Positions 1 to 7,950 of a stretch of DNA of 54,327 nucleotides are shown piece after piece. The stretch is from positions 1-54,327 of the forward strand of contig CBEUCC010000002.1 in the NCBI GenBank assembly GCA_965541515.1, read 5' to 3'. Positions within the stretch are counted from its first letter, which is position 1; every line of letters begins with the position of its first letter. Both the position numbers and the translations under genes were made by a program. The notes beneath the pieces were generated by a model. The model saw only the letters and a program-made list of their open reading frames with translations. It made no database searches and was not told the origin of the DNA. Source of the DNA: an uncultured Thermoplasmata archaeon (lineage in GTDB: Archaea; Thermoplasmatota; DTKX01; DATEUP01).

Positions 1-14
1 TGGAGTGAGATACC

Positions 15-965
15 ATGGTTGGTGAGCCGAAGGGACTGGCCGGGCTGCATCGCTCGGTAGTCTCCCCGCTCATGGACCGGCTGCGGCCGCGCATGCGGGA
101 GTTCCTGCGCGGGGCACACTACTTCCGCAAGTCGCCGATCGCGGTCGCGGGACTCGTCATCATCTTCTCGTTCGTCCTCATCGCGATCCTAGCCCCCTTC
201 CTTGCGCCGACCCCGCCGGGGCAGAAGGACCCGTATGAGATGGAGTACAACCTCAGCGAGGAGTGGGGCGAGCCGCGGGAGGGCCACCCCTTCGGGCAGA
301 CGCGCCTCGGGATGGACGTCTACTACGGCGTGATCTGGGGCTCGCGGCTCTCGATGACGATCGCGCTCGAGGTCGTATTTGCGGGGGTGCTCATAGGCGC
401 GCTCCTCGGGCTCGTCGCCGGCTACTACGGCGGCTGGATCGACGAAGGCCTGATGCGGGTGACCGATGTGATCTTCGGAATCCCCGGCCTCATCCTGGCG
501 ATGGCGATCCTCGTGGGACTCGGAGCCACGCTGGAGAGCCTTGTGATAGCGCTCGTGGTGGTGATATGGCCCACGTACGCGCGCCTGACGCGAGGGGTCT
601 CGCTCTCCGTGAAGACCAACCTATACGTTGAGGCCGCGCGCGCGTCGGGCACCCGCGGTCCGAAGATTCTCGGGCGGCACATCTTCCCGAATACGCTCTC
701 GCCCCTGCTGGTGCAGTCTACCCTCGACATTGGCACGGTGGTGCTCGTGGCCGCGGGCCTCTCGGTCATCGGTTTTTCGTTCACGACCTCGACGACGGCG
801 GAGTGGGGGAAGATGGTCCAGGACGGGCAGCGGCACTTCGGCTCGGCACCGGAGGACTGGTGGCCAGTCTTCTACCCGGGCTTCTTCATTTTCATGTTTG
901 TGCTGGGTTTCAACATGCTCGGCGACGGCCTGCGCGACGTGTTGGACCCGCGCTTACGGAGGTAA
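15..965 (+). CDS. ABC oligopeptide/dipeptide-type transporter permease (OppC/DppC-like)
   Basis: 316-aa ORF. N-terminal TM segment is 'IAVAGLVIIFSFVLIAILAPFLAP', followed by several further hydrophobic segments. The permease EAA-type loop is 'YVEAARASGTRGPKILGRHIFPNTLSPLLV'. A TGA at 6-8 suggests an upstream operon gene ends just before it. Its stop lies 3 nt before the next ATG. Confidence 0.85.
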   Translation: MVGEPKGLAGLHRSVVSPLMDRLRPRMREFLRGAHYFRKSPIAVAGLVIIFSFVLIAILAPFLAPTPPGQKDPYEMEYNLSEEWGEPREGHPFGQTRLGMDVYYGVIWGSRLSMTIALEVVFAGVLIGALLGLVAGYYGGWIDEGLMRVTDVIFGIPGLILAMAILVGLGATLESLVIALVVVIWPTYARLTRGVSLSVKTNLYVEAARASGTRGPKILGRHIFPNTLSPLLVQSTLDIGTVVLVAAGLSVIGFSFTTSTTAEWGKMVQDGQRHFGSAPEDWWPVFYPGFFIFMFVLGFNMLGDGLRDVLDPRLRR

Positions 966-968
966 CCC

Positions 969-2480
969 ATGGCGTCTGCAGATACCGAAGAAACACACGT
1001 TGGCCCGGCCAGGGGCGAGCTCCGGCAGATCCCGCCGATGGCGGCGGCCGACCTGATCTCCATACGCGGCCTCACGGTCCGGTTCTACACGTTCGACGGC
1101 GTTCTCAAAGCGCTCGACGGGGTGAACCTCTCGGTCGGCGACCGGGAGATCTTCGGTGTCGTCGGGGAGACCGGGTGCGGGAAGAGCGTGATGGCCAAGG
1201 CCGTGATCCGCCTCATCCCCGACCCGCCGGGACGCATCACGGGGGGGGAAGTCATCTTCCAGGGGATCAACCTCCTCGACAGTATCGACCAGGAAGCGAC
1301 GATCAAGGTCAACTCGCGTGGCCGGGCCCGAATCCGCCGGAACCGGCGGATAGCGCGGCGCATGGAGTCGCTAATGCGGACGATCCGCGGCAACGAGATC
1401 TCTATGATCTTTCAGGAGCCCTCGGCCGCGCTCAACCCGGTGCTGACCGTCCGGCGGCAGGTCGGCGAAACGTTCCTGACGCACCAGCTCGGCGACATCT
1501 GCGACAAGGTCGAATCCGAGCGCCCACTCAACCCGTTGCAGCGCCGGTTCTTCGCCCGCATGCGGGACCGCCAGCGCCTGCGCGATGAACTCGAGGCACG
1601 CTTCCGGGAACTGACGGTCAAGCGCTCGGCCTTCAACCGCGCGCAGTTGGCGCGCGACGCGGCGGCGGCCACGCCGCTGCGGGACGAGGTCTCCCGCCTC
1701 GACCAGGCGGTCTTTCGGCTTTCCCTGCGGCTTGGTGTAATGGAGCGACGCATCCGCCTTTGGCAGGCGATCCCGATCCTTGGCAAACGTGTGCTAATGA
1801 AACCGATCGAGGCCGAGGTGTCGAAGCGCGTCGTTCAGATGCTGCAATCGGTGCGGATCGCGGACCCGGAGAAGAAGGCAGACGCGTTCCCATTCGAGCT
1901 CTCGGGCGGCATGCAGCAACGGGTGATGATCGCGATGGCCCTCTCGTGCCGGCCGCGGCTGCTCATCGCCGACGAGCCCACGACGGCGCTCGACGTGACG
2001 ATCCAGGCGCAGATCCTCAGCCTCATCCGGGACCTGCGCGACCAGTTCGGCTCATCCATCATTCTGATCACGCACGACCTCGGCGTCATCGCCGAGACCT
2101 GCGACCGCGTCGGGGTCATGTATGCGGGCGTGATGGCGGAGATCGCCGAGGTCAACGACATTTTCGCGCGTCCGAATCACCCCTACACGGTCGGCCTGCT
2201 CCGGTCGATCCCCGAGACGTACGCGCGCACGGGTTCGCTCGCGATCATCCCCGGCAGCGTCCCCTCGCTGCTTGACCCTCCGAGCGGGTGCCGGTTCAAC
2301 CCGCGTTGCCCCTTCGCCTCGGCCAAGTGCCGGGATGTCGTCCCGCAGCTCGTCGAGGTGGCGCCGGGCCACCTGGTCGCCTGCCACTTGTACGGCCACC
2401 CCGAGTTCTTCCCTCCCGAGACGATCAAGGAGCGCGACGCGGGGCTCGGGAAAGGGTGGACGGAGGTGTCAGCCCCGTGA
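969..2480 (+). CDS. ABC oligopeptide-type transporter ATP-binding protein (OppD/DppD-like) with internal insertions
   Basis: Walker A 'GETGCGKSV', signature 'LSGGMQQR', Walker B '[12 protein letters not shown]', H-loop 'ITHDL'. Canonical C-terminal Cys motif '[15 protein letters not shown]...HLVACH'. The ATG follows the permease stop directly. Confidence 0.9.
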   Translation: MASADTEETHVGPARGELRQIPPMAAADLISIRGLTVRFYTFDGVLKALDGVNLSVGDREIFGVVGETGCGKSVMAKAVIRLIPDPPGRITGGEVIFQGINLLDSIDQEATIKVNSRGRARIRRNRRIARRMESLMRTIRGNEISMIFQEPSAALNPVLTVRRQVGETFLTHQLGDICDKVESERPLNPLQRRFFARMRDRQRLRDELEARFRELTVKRSAFNRAQLARDAAAATPLRDEVSRLDQAVFRLSLRLGVMERRIRLWQAIPILGKRVLMKPIEAEVSKRVVQMLQSVRIADPEKKADAFPFELSGGMQQRVMIAMALSCRPRLLIADEPTTALDVTIQAQILSLIRDLRDQFGSSIILITHDLGVIAETCDRVGVMYAGVMAEIAEVNDIFARPNHPYTVGLLRSIPETYARTGSLAIIPGSVPSLLDPPSGCRFNPRCPFASAKCRDVVPQLVEVAPGHLVACHLYGHPEFFPPETIKERDAGLGKGWTEVSAP

Positions 2481-4195
2481 ACGTCGCAGCGGCCCCGTCG
2501 GAGAGCGTGGGCGAAGGCGACGAGGTCCTGATCAGCGTCCGGGGACTTCGCAAGTTCTTCCCAATCCGCGGGGGCATCACTTCGCGGACGGTTTCGTTTG
2601 TCCGGGCGGTCGACGGGGTGGACATGGACATCCGCAAGGGCCGGTCCATGGGCCTCATCGGGGAGAGCGGATGCGGCAAGACCACGGTTGGCCGCTGCAT
2701 CCTGCAACTGCTCACACCCACGGAAGGGACGGTCACCTTTGGGGGGCACGAGATCACGGGGGTCAAGCGGCCTTGGCTGCTCACGCTGGCGGGGGTGCTC
2801 TTCGGCTTCGCGACAGCCCTGAATGCCTTCGCGGCGATGCTGATCTTCGTCTCGCTTCAGACATTCCACCAATTCCCCTTCGCCACGGTGCAGTTCGGCG
2901 TCCCCCAGGTGCCCGCGATCATCATGGCGCTTGTGGCCGTCGCTTCGTCCCTCGTTGCGGGGTCGGGCGCGATGGAGCGCGAGCGGTGGGGCCGGACGGT
3001 GCAGGCCGGTCTGGTGGCGGCCGCGATGGGAGCCCCCCTCGCCGCGCTGGGCGTGGTTCTCGTCCTGTTGGCGCGCGGCGAGTTCGGCAAGGACACCGTG
3101 CGATCACTCCGCAAGGACATGCAGATCGTCTTCCAGGACCCGTTCGGGTCGCTCAACCCGCGCATGCTGGTCCGGCACATCGTCGGCGAGCCGCTGCAGG
3201 CCTTCCGGTCCGACGTCCCCGAACGCTACCCGGGGACCGAGATCGCGCGCAGGCGCGTCACCAACACGGGGATCGAGGGGTTGACGGCCGACCTCCTAGA
3301 GCGTGTCGGGCTCAACCCCGAGCACCTGAACCGGTTCCCGCATGAGTTTTCCGGCGGCCAGCGGCAGCGCATTTGCGTGGCGCGGGCGCTGGCCCTCAAA
3401 CCCAGCTTCGTTGTGCTGGACGAGCCCACCTCGGCGCTCGATGTGTCGGTGCAGGCGCAGATCCTCAACCTGCTCAAGGATCTCCAGCGGGAACGGGGCC
3501 TCACATACCTCTTCATCTCCCACCACCTGGCGGTCATCCGCCACATGTGCGACGATGTGGCGGTCATGTACCTGGGGCAGATCGTCGAGCAGGCGCCAAA
3601 CGCAATGTTCTTCGCCAGCCCCGGCCACCCGTACACGATCGCCCTGCTGTCGGCCATTCCGGCGGTAGACCCGGAGGAGCGAAGGGAGCGCATCGTGCTC
3701 GAGGGGGACGTGCCGTCGTCGGCGAACCCCCCGGCCGGCTGCCGATTCCACACGCGGTGCATGTTCGCCCTTGAGCGCGATCCGGTCGAGGTCGACTTGT
3801 CGCTGCCGGAGGGGGAGCATGAGTTCCCGGTCAATGACGCTCGCGCAGCCCTGCGCACGGTGCAGCTCGTGGTGGGCGACCGGGTCATCGACCCTGCCGG
3901 GTCGGTGGAGTTCGAGGTAGAGGACCGGGGCCAGGACGGGGTGGCCCTCAAGATCTTCATGGACCTTCCGCCGAGCGTTTCCGCGCGCGCCCGCTACCGC
4001 CGGTACCGTAAGGAATGCGCATTCGACGAGCCAAAGCTGGTGGAGGTCGCGCCGTCCCACCGTGTTGCGTGTCACTTCCACAACGAAGTGGTGCAGGCGG
4101 TGGAGGAGGCCGACCGGACGGGGCGGCCCATCAGCCAGGTCATCAGCCAAATGCGCGCGCCGCTGCTTCCCGGTGGCGGGACACCCAAGGAGTGA
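2477..4195 (+). CDS. ABC oligopeptide-type transporter ATP-binding protein (OppF/DppF-like) with hydrophobic and C-terminal insertions
   Basis: GTG 2477 overlaps the oppD-like stop (GTGA). Walker A 'GESGCGKTT', 'IVFQDPFGSLNPR', signature 'FSGGQRQR', Walker B 'VVLDEPTSALD', 'ISHHL'. The ORF-track start at 2288 lies inside the upstream gene and is not used. Confidence 0.85.
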   Translation: MNVAAAPSESVGEGDEVLISVRGLRKFFPIRGGITSRTVSFVRAVDGVDMDIRKGRSMGLIGESGCGKTTVGRCILQLLTPTEGTVTFGGHEITGVKRPWLLTLAGVLFGFATALNAFAAMLIFVSLQTFHQFPFATVQFGVPQVPAIIMALVAVASSLVAGSGAMERERWGRTVQAGLVAAAMGAPLAALGVVLVLLARGEFGKDTVRSLRKDMQIVFQDPFGSLNPRMLVRHIVGEPLQAFRSDVPERYPGTEIARRRVTNTGIEGLTADLLERVGLNPEHLNRFPHEFSGGQRQRICVARALALKPSFVVLDEPTSALDVSVQAQILNLLKDLQRERGLTYLFISHHLAVIRHMCDDVAVMYLGQIVEQAPNAMFFASPGHPYTIALLSAIPAVDPEERRERIVLEGDVPSSANPPAGCRFHTRCMFALERDPVEVDLSLPEGEHEFPVNDARAALRTVQLVVGDRVIDPAGSVEFEVEDRGQDGVALKIFMDLPPSVSARARYRRYRKECAFDEPKLVEVAPSHRVACHFHNEVVQAVEEADRTGRPISQVISQMRAPLLPGGGTPKE

Positions 4196-4201
4196 GCCGG
4201 A

Positions 4202-4642
4202 GTGGCGGCCCGGCGCCGGGGTTGGAGGGGGCGCAGCGGCGGCGACCGCAAGGGAAACCCGCCGCTCAGGCAGAAGGCCAACGCCTTCGTGTACGACGGG
4301 CAGGGCGAGCACGAACGGTTCGGGGTCTTCGACCCCGCGGTGCGCTTGACATTTGCCGTGGGGGTCCTTATCATGCTCATCCTCGCGGGCCTCACGGTCG
4401 GGGAGTCCGTGGGACCTGGCAGTGGTGTGGTTGGCGCGGCGCTCAGCCTGACCGTGGTCGCCGCCCTGGCCTTGGCCGGTATCCTCGCGTACCGGCGCGT
4501 GTGGGTGCCGCCGCCCGAGCGCGAGGTGCTCCTGCAGTTGGCGCGGGAAGAAGATGAGTCGAAGGCGCTTGTTGCCGCGCGGGGGCGGGGGAAGGGGGAG
4601 CGAGACGGCGCGGAAGGGGAAGCGCGCGACGAGCACCGGTAA
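4202..4642 (+). CDS. hypothetical small membrane protein (two predicted TM helices, acidic/basic C-terminal tail)
   Basis: 146-aa ORF with a GTG start directly after the Opp operon. Hydrophobic segments are 'LTFAVGVLIMLILAGLTV' and 'VVGAALSLTVVAALALAGILAY'. G/C-ending codons dominate. I recognise no family and the start is uncertain. Confidence 0.4.
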   Translation: MAARRRGWRGRSGGDRKGNPPLRQKANAFVYDGQGEHERFGVFDPAVRLTFAVGVLIMLILAGLTVGESVGPGSGVVGAALSLTVVAALALAGILAYRRVWVPPPEREVLLQLAREEDESKALVAARGRGKGERDGAEGEARDEHR

Positions 4643-4682
4643 GGCTGGACGGTACGGGCTTCCAACCCCTGGCCAGAAAGTG

Positions 4683-4687
4683 TTTTT
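4683..4687 (+). terminator. oligo-T tract, possible archaeal transcription terminator after the Opp-type operon
   Basis: A T5 run ('gtgTTTTTagg') lies 41 nt after the stop at 4642 and 35 nt before the subtilase start. Such runs are rare in this GC-rich sequence, and archaeal termination commonly uses oligo-T. Confidence 0.3.
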
Positions 4688-4721
4688 AGGCCGGCGGCGG
4701 GTCGCTGGAAAAGGTCCCCCC

Positions 4722-7700
4722 TTGAAAGTCAACCGCACGACCCGGTGGATCGCAATTGCAGCCGTCGTCCTATTCGTCCCGTGGTCGGGAGCCGCGGGCA
4801 CGGGGCCCGCGGACGCGCGCCAGGAGCTGCACCTGCTCGCGGGGACGTTTGACCCGCTGCTCGACCCGATCCCCCCCGGGTTCGCGGTTGGGCGCCTGCC
4901 GGGCCCCGGCCCCTACATCGTGCAGTTTGCCTACCCCATGGGCGGCGGCGAGGCAGGGGCCGTGGAGGCGGCGGGGGGCACGGTGGCCGCGTACCTCCCG
5001 GACGGCGCGTTTGCGGTCGTGGCCTTGCCCACGTTCCCCGCCAGGGCGCGGGCGATCGAGGGCGTGCGGTGGGTCGGCGCGCTGCCGGCGTGGGCACGCA
5101 TGGCCGAGGGGACCGACACGGCCGACCGAATCCAAATGTCGTTTGCGGGGCCGGGCGACGCCCTGCTCGCGCGGGTCGCCACGACCGGCCTGCGGCCCCT
5201 CGCGCTCGGGAATGGCGTCGCGGTGCTTGAGGCGCCACCGGGGGCCGCGCGCGCAGCCGCGTCCCTGGATTTCGTGTTGTGGGTCGAGCCCTACCGGGAA
5301 CCGTCGCCCCTCAACTACCGGGCGGTGCTCACCGACCGCCTGCGCACGCCCACGAACGGGTCCACGTACTCTCTGGCGGACGGCGCGTTGTGGACCTACG
5401 ACCCGGGCGCCTCCGGATTCCTCGGCTACACGGGAGCCGGCTACGCCGTCGATGTGACGGACCGGGGGATCGATGGCACCCACCCGGCCCTTGCGGGTCG
5501 GATGGACGCGTACCGCTCATGGACGGGCGGGAGCGACTGGGTCGACACGCAAGGTCACGGGACGCACGTGGCCGCGACCGCGCTCGGGTCGGGGGCCTAC
5601 CTGCCGGGTGACGCGGCTCTCGCGGACGGCACCTTCGCGGGCGCCGCACCCGGCGCGCAGCTCATTGGTCAGAAGTACAACGCGTCAGCGCTCAACTACA
5701 CCGGGATGGCGGAGTTTGCCGCGGCAAGTGGCGCAACTGTTTCCGTCAACTCGTGGGGCGACGCCGCCCCGGCAACGCAGTCCAACTACACGGCCGCGTC
5801 GGCCACATACGACATGCTTACAGCCGACGCCTTCCCCGCGTCGGGACTGCAGCCCCTACTCTTCGTGTTCGCGGCCGGAAACGAAGGCCAGGCCGCGGCG
5901 TCGATCCTCCCCCCAGCCACGGCCAAGAACGTGTTGACGGTCGGAGGGACGGGCAACGACCAAGCGGGCGGGACCGCGTCCTCGGACATTGCGTCGTTCT
6001 CGTCGTTCGGCCCCACGGACGACGGCCGCATCAAGCCAGACCTCGTTGCCCCGGGCGAGCGAATCGCCTCGGCAAACTCCACGCAGGACGCAGGCTCCGG
6101 GCTTTTGCCCCGCCCTCCGCTTGGCGGTGCGTCGTACGTCTACCTCTCCGGGACGAGCCAAGCGGCTCCGCAGGTCGCTGGGGCTTCCGTCGTGGCAGCC
6201 CAGTACCTCCAAGACGTCAAAGGGATCGATGCGGCGCCCGCGCTCCTCAAGGCGGTGCTGATCAACGGGGCAACCCCGCTTGCGGGCTACCCGTGGCCAG
6301 GCCCTGCACAGGGGTGGGGGCGGATGGATGTCCGCGAATCGCTCCTCGACTACGCTGGCCACAGAGTGGAATTCGTCGGGGATGGATCGTACACGTTCTA
6401 CTCCACAATCGACGTCTACCAGTACGACGTCGAAGTAGAGCCCGGCGCCGACCTGCGAGTGACTCTCGTCTGGACCGATGCCGCCGGAACACCGCTCGCC
6501 TCGAAGGCCTTGGTCAACGACCTCGATCTTGAGGTACGCGACCCAACCGAATCGCGCATCTTCCCGGGTAACACGATCAACACAACGACGGCATACTCCA
6601 TCGCCGGGCCAGGCGGCGACCACACGAACAACGTGGAAGTCGTCCGCGTCAAGGACGCCGAGGCCGGCGTGTGGAAGATCGTGGTCCGCCCTTACAACCT
6701 TCCGGCGGGCGCGCAGAGTTTCGCGCTCGTTGTATCGGGAGCCATCCGCACCTACGAGACCGTCCTCGTGGTGGACCCGTTGCAGGCAAGCATTTGGGTA
6801 GCGCCGGGCGCGAACGCAACGCTAGACGTTCGGTTCACCGTCGTGGGGACGGCATCCGCATCGGAGGAGGTGATGCTATCCGGGTCGGTCCAGTGGATGA
6901 ACGCCTCCAACTGGTCGATTTCAAGCACCGTCGTGCACCTGCCTCCTAGCGGTACGGTCACGGCGTCCCTGAACATCAGCAACGACGACCGGGGAATGGC
7001 GGGTTTCCGCGGCGCGGTCCGAGTTACCGGAACCTTTGTGGCTACGGGTGCGACGTTCGACTTCGATGTGAACGTTACCCTCACCGCGTTCGAGTGCCTG
7101 GAGTCCCCGAGCATTTCCAACCTTACGCTGCCGGGCAACGATGTCGTTGATGTGCCCTTTTCGGTGACGAACTGTGGGAACACGCCGCTCAGTGTGACGG
7201 TTGAAACGCCGAATGCTCGGGGCGTCCTCGTAGTCCCGGCGGACCCTGTGCCGATCGATGCCGGCCAAGCCGTGGACATGGGGGTACACCTGCAGGCAGG
7301 CCGCCCCTACCCCGACGTCACACTCGTCGTCACATTGACAGCACGTTCGGGAAGTGCCACGACCAGCCAGACATTCGCCGTCCATCGGGCCACGGGCGTC
7401 CAACTCAACGGGTCGGCGATACCGGCGACAATGCACCTTTCATCCGAGCAAGGCCCCCTTTCGATTCGGCTGACAAACGATGGTGACGGAGGGTACGTCC
7501 AGGTTCCTCTCATCTCGGGTGTGCCGCCAGGGTGGACTGTAGCCATCAGCGCACAAGAGGAGATCGTCCTGTCGGGCGGGGAACTCGTCCTCGAGCTCTT
7601 GGTGGAACGGGAGGCCGATTCTGACCTCGAGGCGGATCTGGTCTTGACGTTCTACGCCGGCTCCGCGCGGGAGGGTGAACTGGCCGTGAACCTCACGGTC

Positions 7701-7937
7701 GTCTCGACTCCCCCACGCCCGCCGACGGCTGCATGGCCCACGGACGTAGCCCCCGGCCTGGCGCTCCTAGCTGGCCTCGGGGCCGCAGCAGCCGCCAGCG
7801 CCATCGCGGCACGCCCCAGGGGCATCCCCCGCACCTGCCCTGCCTGCGGCCAAGAAGGCCCTCGTTTCGACACCTTCATGAACCCCTCCTGCCCTGGGTG
7901 CGGCGCCGTGCTGGCTCCCAAGGGGGGACGCCGGTAG
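4722..7937 (+). CDS. membrane-anchored subtilisin-like serine protease (peptidase S8) with Ig-like repeats and a C-terminal zinc ribbon
   Basis: Catalytic triad contexts are 'DVTDRGID', 'HGTHVAATA' and 'SGTSQAAPQVAG'. After TTG 4722 comes the signal-like 'RWIAIAAVVLFVPWSGAAG'. The ORF-track ATG 4554 overlaps the upstream gene and encodes an Arg/Gly-rich leader. Beta-sandwich-type repeats lie C-terminal to the protease domain. The TM segment is 'PGLALLAGLGAAAAASAIAA', followed by 'CPAC-x14-CPGC'. Confidence 0.9.
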   Translation: MKVNRTTRWIAIAAVVLFVPWSGAAGTGPADARQELHLLAGTFDPLLDPIPPGFAVGRLPGPGPYIVQFAYPMGGGEAGAVEAAGGTVAAYLPDGAFAVVALPTFPARARAIEGVRWVGALPAWARMAEGTDTADRIQMSFAGPGDALLARVATTGLRPLALGNGVAVLEAPPGAARAAASLDFVLWVEPYREPSPLNYRAVLTDRLRTPTNGSTYSLADGALWTYDPGASGFLGYTGAGYAVDVTDRGIDGTHPALAGRMDAYRSWTGGSDWVDTQGHGTHVAATALGSGAYLPGDAALADGTFAGAAPGAQLIGQKYNASALNYTGMAEFAAASGATVSVNSWGDAAPATQSNYTAASATYDMLTADAFPASGLQPLLFVFAAGNEGQAAASILPPATAKNVLTVGGTGNDQAGGTASSDIASFSSFGPTDDGRIKPDLVAPGERIASANSTQDAGSGLLPRPPLGGASYVYLSGTSQAAPQVAGASVVAAQYLQDVKGIDAAPALLKAVLINGATPLAGYPWPGPAQGWGRMDVRESLLDYAGHRVEFVGDGSYTFYSTIDVYQYDVEVEPGADLRVTLVWTDAAGTPLASKALVNDLDLEVRDPTESRIFPGNTINTTTAYSIAGPGGDHTNNVEVVRVKDAEAGVWKIVVRPYNLPAGAQSFALVVSGAIRTYETVLVVDPLQASIWVAPGANATLDVRFTVVGTASASEEVMLSGSVQWMNASNWSISSTVVHLPPSGTVTASLNISNDDRGMAGFRGAVRVTGTFVATGATFDFDVNVTLTAFECLESPSISNLTLPGNDVVDVPFSVTNCGNTPLSVTVETPNARGVLVVPADPVPIDAGQAVDMGVHLQAGRPYPDVTLVVTLTARSGSATTSQTFAVHRATGVQLNGSAIPATMHLSSEQGPLSIRLTNDGDGGYVQVPLISGVPPGWTVAISAQEEIVLSGGELVLELLVEREADSDLEADLVLTFYAGSAREGELAVNLTVVSTPPRPPTAAWPTDVAPGLALLAGLGAAAAASAIAARPRGIPRTCPACGQEGPRFDTFMNPSCPGCGAVLAPKGGRR

Positions 7938-7950
7938 GGAGAAGGATACC

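Noticed and set aside
3296-4801. 501-aa minus-strand ORF spanning the OppF-like 3' half and the small membrane protein gene
   Set aside because: It is antisense to a gene with intact ABC motifs. The translation is Arg/Pro/Gly/His-rich low complexity with no recognisable domain. This is a typical high-GC shadow ORF.
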